Shown: positions 17,621-26,558, counted from the stretch's first letter. The stretch: DNA of 32,000 bases from Alphaproteobacteria bacterium (GCA_009784235.1 WRCC01000002.1:181346-213345), one strand, 5' to 3'. Numbers and translations: made by a program. The notes: a model not told the origin generated them from the sequence alone.

Positions 17621-17641
17621 CGAATCCCACCCTGTCCGCCA
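17621..17641 (+). repeat. 21-bp direct repeat of the tRNA-Ser 3' end (att-like scar)
   Basis: cgaatcccaccctgtccgcca at 17454-17474 and again at 17621-17641. Confidence 0.9.
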
Positions 17642-17655
17642 GGATTGTATAAAAT

Positions 17656-17877
17656 ATGAAAGCAGTTATTTATTCTTTGGAAAAGCCAAGCAATTTTTAT
17701 GGGCCATCGATATTGTGGGCCAGGCTTGAATCCAACAATATGCGTATTCAAATAGAATGGCGGGGCGCAATGCCGCCCAGGCCGGGCGATATCATTGATA
17801 CGCGGGACTACGTCAAAGAACGCTTTCGCGTAATGAATGCGTTGGGTGAGAATATATGTCCAAGAACATGCAGGTAA
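17656..17877 (+). CDS. hypothetical small protein
   Basis: 73-aa ORF with no SD and no recognisable family. First ORF of a co-directional 4-ORF run. Confidence 0.3.
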   Translation: MKAVIYSLEKPSNFYGPSILWARLESNNMRIQIEWRGAMPPRPGDIIDTRDYVKERFRVMNALGENICPRTCR

Positions 17878-17895
17878 TAAAGCCCAGGGGATAAA

Positions 17896-18315
17896 ATGTT
17901 CAATAAACTGAATCGTGAAATCCGGCCGACAAAAGATGACCTGATTGGTATCGTTAAAAACAAATCCGCGCTTAAAAAATTAATCACGTTTATTGAAAAT
18001 GATTTGGGTGGTGCGGCGCAAATAGATTACAGCACTTGTTCAATGGCACCTGGATGGAATTTGAAATATAAACGCGGCGCACGTGCGATTTGCACCATTT
18101 ATCCCGATAAAGATTATTGCGGTGTTATGATTACGCTGAACCGCGATGCGCTGGAACAGTTTGATGCGATGTCCGAATTATTCAGCCCAGCAGTTCGGAA
18201 ATTAGCAGATGAAATTACGCCATTGAATGGTGCGAAATGGCTGACCGTTGATATTACCGCGCCAGGTGGATTTGATGACGCGAAAAAAATGTTAATATTA
18301 AAATTTAGTAAATAA
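17896..18315 (+). CDS. DUF3788-like protein
   Basis: GWNLKYKRGARAICTIYPDKDYCGVMITL resembles the conserved DUF3788 core; this rests on recall, not a search. Confidence 0.55.
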   Translation: MFNKLNREIRPTKDDLIGIVKNKSALKKLITFIENDLGGAAQIDYSTCSMAPGWNLKYKRGARAICTIYPDKDYCGVMITLNRDALEQFDAMSELFSPAVRKLADEITPLNGAKWLTVDITAPGGFDDAKKMLILKFSK

Positions 18316-18330
18316 TAAAAGGAGAGCAAA

Positions 18331-18789
18331 ATGGACACACAAAAAATAATTGCACGCGCGGGTCAAATCGTCGCGGACAATACTGTGAAAAACAAAATAT
18401 ACAACGGCGAATGGTGCGTTATATCATTAATTGATTTGGATGGATATCCGACATCATCTGTGATTACACCGGCGAAATCAGATGGTATCAAACATATATG
18501 GTTTTGCGCTGATACGCGCGGCAATAAGATCAAACGTATTGAAAAATTTTCGGGCGCATCTGTTTGTTTCGGTCATTCGGGCGGTACAGGCGATTATAAT
18601 ATTTCACTGGTCGGTGATATTGAAGTGTTGTCGGATATTGAAATCAAGACCGAAATGCTGTATACACCATTGGGCGAAATGTATCCGGACGGTGCGGCCG
18701 ACCCGAATTTTGTCGTGCTGAAATTTACCGCCAAAAGATACAATATATTTTTCGGTGATACTGGTGAAGGTATCCACGGAGAAATTTAA
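18331..18789 (+). CDS. pyridoxamine 5'-phosphate oxidase-like (FMN-binding split-barrel) family protein
   Basis: About 150 aa with the pattern ...ISLIDLDGYPTSSV...WFCADTRGNKIKRIE...SVCF...ISLVGDIEVLSD, typical of PNPOx-like/general stress protein 26-type proteins. GGAGAG SD upstream. Confidence 0.6.
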   Translation: MDTQKIIARAGQIVADNTVKNKIYNGEWCVISLIDLDGYPTSSVITPAKSDGIKHIWFCADTRGNKIKRIEKFSGASVCFGHSGGTGDYNISLVGDIEVLSDIEIKTEMLYTPLGEMYPDGAADPNFVVLKFTAKRYNIFFGDTGEGIHGEI

Positions 18790-19538
18790 TGGGCCATATA
18801 GAAAATATATTTTTGGTCCGGCATGCGCGGTCTTTGCGTAACGAAGGACTGGGCACCGAATATGCGGATTGTGACGTGCCATTGGCCAATGTTGGTCCGA
18901 CCCAGTCAATTCGTGCCGGACAAATTCTAAAATCCGTGTTGCCTATTCCAGAACGGATAGAAAGCAAGGTCAGATTTTCGATAAATGGCAAGATGGTTGA
19001 TGTTAAGCCAAAAGGAAAGGTTGTTTTGTGGTCCAGCACTTATCGCCGCGCACTGCAAACACGTGAAGGAATAGGGCGGGAACTGCAAAACAACCATAGA
19101 ACAGAATTAAAAGACAGCACTTTGTTGCGCGAACAAAGTTTTGGTATTTTTGATGGGATGAGCAAACAGATGCGTTTTGCAAGATATCCATTCGAGGCCA
19201 GGCAGTACGCAATGGATGTTGCCGACGGTGGAAAATTTTTCGCGCGGCCGTCGGGCGGCGAATCGTATCATGACGTATATCGCCGGATGCACCGCTTTAT
19301 GGATATTTTTGAACGATATGCGCATCCGCATTGGGGCAGATGCGACAACCATGTCATCGTATCGCATGGAATTGCCATACGCGCGTTTTTAATGATGGCG
19401 CTGCACAAATCGCCCGAATGGATGGTAAATGAACCGGACCCAAACAACGCATCAATTCGACATTTGACCCGCGACGCATCCGGCCGATTCAAAGATATGG
19501 GTTATATATTCGGCGGATTTCCGTATGACGGTCGGTGA
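18789..19538 (+). CDS. histidine phosphatase (phosphoglycerate mutase-like) family protein
   Basis: IFLVRHARSLRNEG (RH catalytic motif) and VIVSHGIAIRAFL (second His). The ATG overlaps the upstream stop (TAATG). Confidence 0.75.
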   Translation: MGHIENIFLVRHARSLRNEGLGTEYADCDVPLANVGPTQSIRAGQILKSVLPIPERIESKVRFSINGKMVDVKPKGKVVLWSSTYRRALQTREGIGRELQNNHRTELKDSTLLREQSFGIFDGMSKQMRFARYPFEARQYAMDVADGGKFFARPSGGESYHDVYRRMHRFMDIFERYAHPHWGRCDNHVIVSHGIAIRAFLMMALHKSPEWMVNEPDPNNASIRHLTRDASGRFKDMGYIFGGFPYDGR

Positions 19539-19543
19539 TTTAA

Positions 19544-20344
19544 TCAAAAATTATATTTGATGCCCATGCCGGATGATATGCTGGCTGGTGTGGAAGATGC
19601 GGACGGTGTGCCACGCACACGCAGTTCCAGCGACACCCGATTACCCAATATAATTTCTGTGCCCAAGCCCAGATATACACCAACACCAGACAAATTTTGC
19701 TTTATATTTATATCGCCCGACATTTCAAAATTCAATATATTATAAGATAGCCCAAGTTCTGTAAAAGCACGCGTTGATGCGCCGAATAATTGGAACCAAC
19801 TGAATGGTACATATTCCGATATATCGCCCAGACCGATACGTGCCCCAGAAAAAAATTCCATGTATCGGCTGGATACAGATACATTATGTTTTTCTGTGAC
19901 CCAACCACCATCCCATTTCCAAGTATCGTAATTGAAAACCGGCGGTCCGGCATAATAAGTATCATGAATCCAATCGTCATGATTGCTGTATTGCAACGTT
20001 GTGCCTGCGAACAGCCCAAACCAATGATTCAGCCGACGTCCGACATACAGCGACCAGAACGGCATGCCGCGGGCATTCACGCTGCGTTCAATCTGGTCCC
20101 ATGCGGTGCGCCCAAAATCATTGGTGTTTTCAAGCGGTGCACTGATACCACCAAATGCGATTTCGGCCGTGATATACCAATATCGTGTGATTTCTGGTCG
20201 TGTGGCTTCCATACGTGTTGGCGTGTCTGGTCGTATCAATGTCCGCGCAGAATATTCCGGTTTTGTAACATCGGGCATATCAATATCTTCGGCCGTTGCG
20301 ATGAATGGTATTACGCACAAAAATGGCAAAATGATTTTTTTCAT
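19544..20344 (-). CDS. outer-membrane beta-barrel protein
   Basis: Signal peptide MKKIILPFLCVIPFIATA, alternating beta-strand pattern, C-terminal GMGIKYNF. Confidence 0.7.
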   Translation of the reverse strand: MKKIILPFLCVIPFIATAEDIDMPDVTKPEYSARTLIRPDTPTRMEATRPEITRYWYITAEIAFGGISAPLENTNDFGRTAWDQIERSVNARGMPFWSLYVGRRLNHWFGLFAGTTLQYSNHDDWIHDTYYAGPPVFNYDTWKWDGGWVTEKHNVSVSSRYMEFFSGARIGLGDISEYVPFSWFQLFGASTRAFTELGLSYNILNFEMSGDINIKQNLSGVGVYLGLGTEIILGNRVSLELRVRGTPSASSTPASISSGMGIKYNF

Positions 20345-20404
20345 AAATGCATTCTATTAAATCAAAATCAGAAAACAAAGGATAATTTGTCGCCTGCTTT
20401 GTCA

Positions 20405-20432
20405 TTGACTTTGCGTGACAATTTGCTATGAT
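20405..20432 (+). promoter_or_regulatory. candidate sigma-70 promoter for ihfB-accDA
   Basis: TTGACT (20405-20410), 16-nt spacer, TATGAT (20427-20432). Confidence 0.35.
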
Positions 20433-20454
20433 TTCGGCATAGAAAGGATACAGA

Positions 20455-20742
20455 ATGAAGCGTTCAGATTTAATCAGAACCATCCAGGTAAAATTTGGCC
20501 GCATGCGCGAAGATGATGCCGCGGTTATAATCGATGGAATGGTGAAACGTTTAACAGATGCCGTTGCCAATGGTGACCGTGTGGAAATTCGTGGATTCGG
20601 CCGGTTTTTGCCACGTGTGCGCGCACCAAAAGAAACATTCAATCCACGCACGGGCAAACCAATGCACTTGGACGCCGGCAAGACGATACTTTTTCGGCCC
20701 AGCAATGAATTAATCAAAGAGATGAATAATGCCGATATTTAA
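20455..20742 (+). CDS. ihfB: integration host factor beta subunit (HU/IHF family)
   Basis: MKRSDLI...GDRVEIRGFGRFLPRVRAPKETFNPRTGKPMHLDAGKTILFRPSNEL. Confidence 0.85.
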   Translation: MKRSDLIRTIQVKFGRMREDDAAVIIDGMVKRLTDAVANGDRVEIRGFGRFLPRVRAPKETFNPRTGKPMHLDAGKTILFRPSNELIKEMNNADI

Positions 20743-22486
20743 GCGCAGCGCGCGCGGAATCAAAACACATAACCACGAACGTTATGACAATATGAAACGC
20801 CTGATGTGGATAAAATGCGATGGCTGTGACAAATTGGTCTATTACAAAGACTTTAAAGAAAACCAGCGTATATGCCCGAAATGCAACCGGTCGTTTTCAT
20901 TAACACCGGGTCAACGTTTCAATCAATTATTCGACGACAGGAATTGGAATCTGTTCGAATTGCCGCGTGTTTCCGATGACCCATTGTGCTTTGTTGACCG
21001 CATGGAATATACCGAACGCCTGAAAGAAGCACGTGATGAAACCGGCGTGCATGATGCGATATCTGCGGCGGACGGGGAAATCGGTGGCGTGCGGGCAACG
21101 GTCGCCGTTATGAATTCGGAATTTATGATGGGCTCTATGGGGCGTGCGGTGGGCGATGGAATTATTGCATCCATCGAACATGCGATTGAACTGAAACAAC
21201 CATTCATTATTGTTACTGCATCGGGTGGTGCGCGTATGCAGGAAAATGTCTTGGCATTGATGCAGATGGCGCGTACAACGGCGGCCGTCAATAAACTGCG
21301 TGCGGCGAAATTACCATATATTGTTTTATTGGCCGACCCGACGTACGGTGGCGTTACCGCTTCGTTCGCGATGCTGGGCGATGTGCATATTGCAGAAGCA
21401 GGCGCACGTATCGGATTCGCCGGCCGATTGGTTATCGAACAAAATATGCGTGAAAAATTGCCTGCGAATTTTCAGCGGGCGGAATATTTATTTGAACATG
21501 GCATGGTGGATATTGTTGCCGCGCGTGCAGATTTGCCGGAAACAATTGCACGTGTTTTAAATGTTATGATGAAACGTCCGCAAGATGCCGGCGACATCAA
21601 AATATCAACGCCTAAATCAAATGCACGCGAATCATTTCGTTCATCGAAAAAATCGGAATCCACACCGGCGTATGAAAAAGTCATGCTGGCACGCGAAGAA
21701 AACCGTCCACATTTCTTGGATTATATAAATGGATTGGTTTCTTATTGGACGCCATTGGCCGGCGACCGTACGTTTGGCGAAGACCCGGCGATGCAGGGCG
21801 GCCTGGGCTATTTCCGCGGAATACCGGCGGTAATTATCGGTCAAGAATTGGGTCGTGATATTGCAACGCGCCAAAAACATCGGTTTGGAATGCCAACACC
21901 CGAAGGATATCGCAAGGCGGTACGTTTAATGCGTTTGGCCGAAAAATTCGAATTGCCATTGATATCTTTGGTTGATACATCGGGTGCATTCGCGGGCAAA
22001 GAAGGCGAAGAACGGGGCCAATCCGAAGCAGTTGCCAAAGCAATCCAAACCGGATTATCAATTGCAACACCGTATGTCGCGGTCATCGTTGGCCAAGGTG
22101 GTTCCGGCGGCGCAATTGCAATTGCGACGGGCGACCGCGTATTAATGCTGGAAAATGCAATATATTCGGTTATTGCGCCAGAATCTTGCGCGACGATTTT
22201 GTGGAAAGATAATAAAATGAAAGCAACAGCCGCGGCCGCAATGAAATTGACCGCGCGCGAATTGTATGACGTTGGTGTGATTGATAAAATTATCAAAGAA
22301 CCGACCAAGGGCGCACACACGGATTGGCAAACGACGATGGAACATTTGGGCGCGGCGGTTACCGAACAGATAAAAGAATTGTCGGAAATTCCGGCTGCGG
22401 ATTTGCCGCAAATGCGCAGCGATAAATTCTTTTCAATGACGCGTGATGTTGAAATATACACACCACATTCCAACAACGGAGAATAA
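20729..22486 (+). CDS. accD: fused acetyl-CoA carboxylase carboxyltransferase, beta (AccD) + alpha (AccA) in one polypeptide
   Basis: N-terminal AccD zinc ribbon WIKCDGCDKLVYYKDFKENQRICPKCN and CT-beta core (SGGARMQE). After a Ser/Lys-rich linker comes the AccA core FGMPTPEGYRKAVRLMRLAEKFELPLISLVDTSGAFAGKEGEERGQSEAVAKAI...GGSGGAIAI. No stop lies between the two halves. Confidence 0.9.
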   Translation: MPIFKRSARGIKTHNHERYDNMKRLMWIKCDGCDKLVYYKDFKENQRICPKCNRSFSLTPGQRFNQLFDDRNWNLFELPRVSDDPLCFVDRMEYTERLKEARDETGVHDAISAADGEIGGVRATVAVMNSEFMMGSMGRAVGDGIIASIEHAIELKQPFIIVTASGGARMQENVLALMQMARTTAAVNKLRAAKLPYIVLLADPTYGGVTASFAMLGDVHIAEAGARIGFAGRLVIEQNMREKLPANFQRAEYLFEHGMVDIVAARADLPETIARVLNVMMKRPQDAGDIKISTPKSNARESFRSSKKSESTPAYEKVMLAREENRPHFLDYINGLVSYWTPLAGDRTFGEDPAMQGGLGYFRGIPAVIIGQELGRDIATRQKHRFGMPTPEGYRKAVRLMRLAEKFELPLISLVDTSGAFAGKEGEERGQSEAVAKAIQTGLSIATPYVAVIVGQGGSGGAIAIATGDRVLMLENAIYSVIAPESCATILWKDNKMKATAAAAMKLTARELYDVGVIDKIIKEPTKGAHTDWQTTMEHLGAAVTEQIKELSEIPAADLPQMRSDKFFSMTRDVEIYTPHSNNGE

Positions 22487-22488
22487 TC

Positions 22489-23448
22489 GTGCCTGTAACT
22501 AAATCCAAAAAAACAAAAAAACTGGTATCGCTGATATTGTGTATGTATAACGAAGAAGGCAATGTGCATGAACTGCACAGACAAGTATCGGATGTATTGG
22601 CCGAAATGCCGGATGTCGATTTCGAAATACTGTATGTGAATGACGGGTCGCGCGACCGCACGCTGCTGTATTGCCATGAAGTGCAAAAAACAGACAAACG
22701 CGTCAAAATCGTGAATTTTACGAAAAATTTTGGCAAAGAAGTCGCAATGATTGCGGGATTGGAATACGCGCGCGGTGATGCAATTATATACATGGACGCT
22801 GATTTGCAAAATCCGCCAAAGCATATCAAAGACATGGTGCGCGAATGGCAGCGGGGCGAGAAAATCGTTCTGATGAAACGCCTGAACGATGTCCAGCCTG
22901 GATTGATATACAAAATATGTAATCGGTTGTTTTATTGGGGGCTGAATTTTATATCAGATGTTAAAATTCCAAAGGCAATGCCAGATTTCAGATTGTTGGA
23001 CCGCGAATATGTGGAATTTTTGAAAAAATTCAACGAACGCGATTCGATGTTCCGCGGTATGTTGTCGCTGGTTACCGATATGTCGAAACAGAAAGTAATC
23101 GAATACACTTCGGCAGACCGGTTCGCCGGGACCACAAAATTTAGTTTCAGCTTGCGCAGTGTCAAACTGGCCATCGATAGCGTGCTGCAATTTTCTGTGC
23201 GGCCATTATACTTGGCGATGTATTTCGCGATATTCGTTGGTTTGGTATCATTCGGCCTGGGCACATACGTTGTTATCGAACGATTTATATTGGGCAATCC
23301 AACACCAGGATATGCGGCAATAATGTCGGCTATCACTTTTTCCGGCGCGATAATATTATTTATCCAAGCCATCATCGGAATGTACATCGCAAAGATTCAT
23401 TTGGAAGTTAAAAAGCGACCGTTGTATTTCGCAGAATATTTTGAATAA
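22489..23448 (+). CDS. GT2 polyprenyl-phosphate glycosyltransferase (ArnC/GtrB/DPM1-like)
   Basis: VSLILCMYNEEGNV...ILYVNDGSRDRT...YMDADLQNPP and two C-terminal TM helices. GTG start 2 nt after the accDA stop, with GGAGA upstream. Confidence 0.88.
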   Translation: MPVTKSKKTKKLVSLILCMYNEEGNVHELHRQVSDVLAEMPDVDFEILYVNDGSRDRTLLYCHEVQKTDKRVKIVNFTKNFGKEVAMIAGLEYARGDAIIYMDADLQNPPKHIKDMVREWQRGEKIVLMKRLNDVQPGLIYKICNRLFYWGLNFISDVKIPKAMPDFRLLDREYVEFLKKFNERDSMFRGMLSLVTDMSKQKVIEYTSADRFAGTTKFSFSLRSVKLAIDSVLQFSVRPLYLAMYFAIFVGLVSFGLGTYVVIERFILGNPTPGYAAIMSAITFSGAIILFIQAIIGMYIAKIHLEVKKRPLYFAEYFE

Positions 23449-23462
23449 ATGAAAATTATTGT

Positions 23463-23492
23463 AGGGGCGCATATTTGCGCCCCTTCTTATTT
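23463..23492. terminator. hairpin terminator between convergent GT2 and gtrA-like genes
   Basis: aggggcgca-tatt-tgcgcccct (23463-23484) followed by tcttatttt. Confidence 0.7.
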
Positions 23493-23903
23493 TCTAAACG
23501 AAAAATATTTCAATAACAGATAAGTTCCAATTGCGGATGTCACGATAAATATTGGTTGGGAAATTGGTGCGGACACGCCGAACACATTATCAAACACCCA
23601 CAGCCATGGATAATTTATAATTATCATAAACAGATATACTGGCCATGCCTTTGCATATTCTTTTGCAATACTGCCTGTACTTTGGAACACATAATACCGC
23701 ATTGTGAAAATAGAAATATTTATCGATATTATATTTTGGATAATCAGCGCGGCGCCATATAATCCGCCCAGCGCGAAATAAGCACCCAGAAAAATTAAAT
23801 AAGCCGCAACCGAATTAAATCCGCCAACCAATACAAAGCGGATTTTTTCCGGAAACCATTTGAACCAAAGTTTTTCGATAGCAAAGTATAGTTTATTTAT
23901 CAT
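23487..23903 (-). CDS. GtrA-family membrane protein (putative lipid-linked sugar translocase)
   Basis: 138 aa, 4 TM, RFVLVGGFNSVAAYLIFLG motif. Confidence 0.8.
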   Translation of the reverse strand: MINKLYFAIEKLWFKWFPEKIRFVLVGGFNSVAAYLIFLGAYFALGGLYGAALIIQNIISINISIFTMRYYVFQSTGSIAKEYAKAWPVYLFMIIINYPWLWVFDNVFGVSAPISQPIFIVTSAIGTYLLLKYFSFRK

Positions 23904-25287
23904 TGATTTTTACCAATATCATTTTTTTGCCGGACGTGATTACATCATAATTTTCTAATTCATGCAAATGACGATTGCGCAGTAAAACATATCCGTCCAA
24001 TCCGTCTGTGTCAGTCGCAAATTCATATTTTATTCCGCGTGCGGCGGTATAAAATTGCGCAGAATAATTTTGCGTTTTGTACAAGGTGATTTGTTCGGAT
24101 GCATTTCTGATAAAATATTTATCGCTGAATCCGGCATCGGCCGTCCATTTTGGATAAATTGCTTGCACAGCGATAATGCCAATTAATGCCGTGGCTGCGA
24201 TACCGGCAAACCACTTGAATGTAATACGATTTACGGGCATCGCGGCAATTAAAATCGCGGTTGGAATCATCGCGGGTAATACATACGCGGGCACAATATT
24301 TTTCGAAAAGCTGAAAAATATCAATTGTGCAAACGTGAATGCAAGCGCATAGAATAAAAATCCATCGCGGAAAAATCCAGCATCGGTTATTGCGCGTCGA
24401 AACCGCGCGGAAAACATTTTTACTGCAAGCCATATCGACCACGGCATGATTGCAATAAAATATACCAACCATATTTTTCCAATGAAACCGCCGCGGCCGG
24501 CGCCATATAAATCGCCCGCCCAGTTTGGCGTTACATATCGTTCAAAATGTTCGCCAATTATAAAGTATTCCAAGAACCCGGGTGTCGCGCGTTCGGCCAT
24601 AATATACCAAGGCAGGGCAATAGCCAACATCAACAGTGTTCCCGTAACAATAGGAACATTTCGAAACATATTGCGCCATTTATTTTTGGCCAGAACATAA
24701 ACAAATATGGGCAGTCCGACCAAGACAAATATCAACGGTCCTTTGGCCAATAGCCCCAGTCCCAATCCGACAAAAAACAAATACCCCCATCCGCCTGTGC
24801 TGCGCTCCGGCGCGATATTCTTGTTGTTAACCGCATTATAAAACCCAATCATAGCCAGCATCATGCAAAATGCCAATGCTGGGTCGGTCATAACACCACC
24901 GGCCAAGTATAAAAATACCGGCATCGTCATTAATACCGCGGTTGTGATGGCGGCTGTTGATTCATCGCGCCATCGTCGGACAAAGAAAAATAGCAACGCA
25001 GCCGCACCAATTAAAAACAAGAAATGCGGAAAATGCGCCGCAAAATCATTTACGCCAAAAATTTTATATGATATTGCGGTTGTCCAGAATGACAACGGCG
25101 GCTTGCCCCAAAACGGCACCCCATCGACAAACGGCGTTATATAATTTCCGCTTTCCGCCATAACGCGGCCGATTTCTGCATATCGTGCTTCGGTCGTATC
25201 GGTTAATGGTGTGAACGGCAATGATAATAAGCGAAGTGCGGCCAATCCGACAGCTATCCAAATAAAAAACTTTGCTGTTTTATTCAT
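23893..25287 (-). CDS. ArnT/PMT-like (GT39/GT83-type) polytopic glycosyltransferase
   Basis: TDTTEARYAEIGRVMAESGNYITPFVDGVPFWGKPPLSFW loop-1 motif and at least 10 TM helices. Start placed at ATG 25287 (the ORF-track TTG is at 25293). Overlaps gtrA-like by 11 nt. Confidence 0.85.
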   Translation of the reverse strand: MNKTAKFFIWIAVGLAALRLLSLPFTPLTDTTEARYAEIGRVMAESGNYITPFVDGVPFWGKPPLSFWTTAISYKIFGVNDFAAHFPHFLFLIGAAALLFFFVRRWRDESTAAITTAVLMTMPVFLYLAGGVMTDPALAFCMMLAMIGFYNAVNNKNIAPERSTGGWGYLFFVGLGLGLLAKGPLIFVLVGLPIFVYVLAKNKWRNMFRNVPIVTGTLLMLAIALPWYIMAERATPGFLEYFIIGEHFERYVTPNWAGDLYGAGRGGFIGKIWLVYFIAIMPWSIWLAVKMFSARFRRAITDAGFFRDGFLFYALAFTFAQLIFFSFSKNIVPAYVLPAMIPTAILIAAMPVNRITFKWFAGIAATALIGIIAVQAIYPKWTADAGFSDKYFIRNASEQITLYKTQNYSAQFYTAARGIKYEFATDTDGLDGYVLLRNRHLHELENYDVITSGKKMILVKINDK

Positions 25288-25340
25288 AATCAATATTGTA
25301 ACAATATTGACTTTGCCCGTGCAAGCGATAATATGTACAT

Positions 25341-26270
25341 ATGAAATCAGGATGGATTATTTTAGATAAACCGTCGGGCATGTCTTCGCGTGCGGCGGGT
25401 GGGCGCGTGGCGCGCATGCTGGGCATAAAAAAATTCGGGCATCTGGGCACGCTGGACCCAATGGCATCTGGCGTTTTGCCGATTGCTTTTGGCGAAGCCA
25501 CAAAAATGATTCCGTATATTGAACAAGACTGGAAACGTATTCATATCGATGAATTCGGCCGGCGCATGGGTGAAAAAGAATATGCGTTTGAAGTCCAATG
25601 GGGATTCGAAACAGATACCCTTGATATAACTGGCACGGTTATCAAAACAGAAGACAACAAAACGCTTCCAGAACATGACGAAATATATCATGCGTGCAAC
25701 AATTTTATCGGCGAAATAATGCAGATTCCGCCGGCATACAGCGCGATTCACGTCGATGGTCGGCGTGCGTATGAATTAGCGCGCAAGGGGCAAAAAATCG
25801 ATATCCCGGCGCGGAAAATTACCATATATGACCTGGATATTACGGGTTGGAACGACACGGGTCATGATATGTTTTTGGTTAATTGTGGGACTGGAACTTA
25901 TGTGCGCAGTTTGGCGCGTGATATCGGCGCGGTTTTGGGTCGCTTAAATACCGTCACAATGATACGTCGGACACGTACACATTTTTTTGAAATAAAAGAC
26001 GCGGTTTCGCTTGATTTTCTGGAAAATCTGTATAATAATGCTCCGGATTCGGTTGCAGAACACTTGCATCCGGTGGATTTCGGACTGGACGACATTCTGG
26101 TTTCGGAATTAAACGAAATGTGCGCCAAACTATTCGTAAATGGCGGCGTTATTATAACCAAAGACGATTCAATCGGTCTGCGGCGGGTTTATCATAACGG
26201 TCAATTTATTGGGATTGGAATGAATGATAGTTATACGCTGGTACCAAAACGGGTCGTGAATAATAATTAA
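25341..26270 (+). CDS. truB: tRNA pseudouridine(55) synthase
   Basis: GWIILDKPSGMSS...GHLGTLDPMASGVLPIAFGEATK, QIPPAYSAIHVDGRRAYELAR. Confidence 0.92.
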   Translation: MKSGWIILDKPSGMSSRAAGGRVARMLGIKKFGHLGTLDPMASGVLPIAFGEATKMIPYIEQDWKRIHIDEFGRRMGEKEYAFEVQWGFETDTLDITGTVIKTEDNKTLPEHDEIYHACNNFIGEIMQIPPAYSAIHVDGRRAYELARKGQKIDIPARKITIYDLDITGWNDTGHDMFLVNCGTGTYVRSLARDIGAVLGRLNTVTMIRRTRTHFFEIKDAVSLDFLENLYNNAPDSVAEHLHPVDFGLDDILVSELNEMCAKLFVNGGVIITKDDSIGLRRVYHNGQFIGIGMNDSYTLVPKRVVNNN

Positions 26271-26282
26271 AAAGGAAACACA

Positions 26283-26555
26283 ATGTCGATTACAAAGTTG
26301 AAAAAGACAGAGCTTATCAAAGCACACAAATCATCCGACAAAGACAACGGCGGGTCCGTTGAAACCCAGGTTGCCGTTCTGACCGAACGCATTCGCAACT
26401 TGACTGAGCATATGAAAAAAATGCCCAAAGATGAACATTCCAAACGCGGTTTGTTGCTGATGGTTAATCGTCGTAAAAAATTGCTGGCATACATCAAGGG
26501 CCGCAATCCATCGGAATATGAAGCGCTGATTAAGAAATTAGGTATTCGTAAATAA
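26283..26555 (+). CDS. rpsO: 30S ribosomal protein S15
   Basis: GSVETQVAVLTERIRNLTEHMKKMPKDEHSKRGLLLMVNRRKKLLAY. Confidence 0.95.
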   Translation: MSITKLKKTELIKAHKSSDKDNGGSVETQVAVLTERIRNLTEHMKKMPKDEHSKRGLLLMVNRRKKLLAYIKGRNPSEYEALIKKLGIRK

Positions 26556-26558
26556 AAT

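Noticed and set aside
17346-17729. 127-aa (+) and 75-aa (-) ORFs spanning 17346-17729
   Set aside because: They run through the tRNA-Ser gene, its hairpin and the duplicated 3' end. They are artefacts of the ORF finder.
21841-22913. 327-aa and 184-aa minus-strand ORFs
   Set aside because: They are antisense to the accDA 3' half and the GT2 5' half, both of which have strong family motifs. There are no start signals or recognisable domains.
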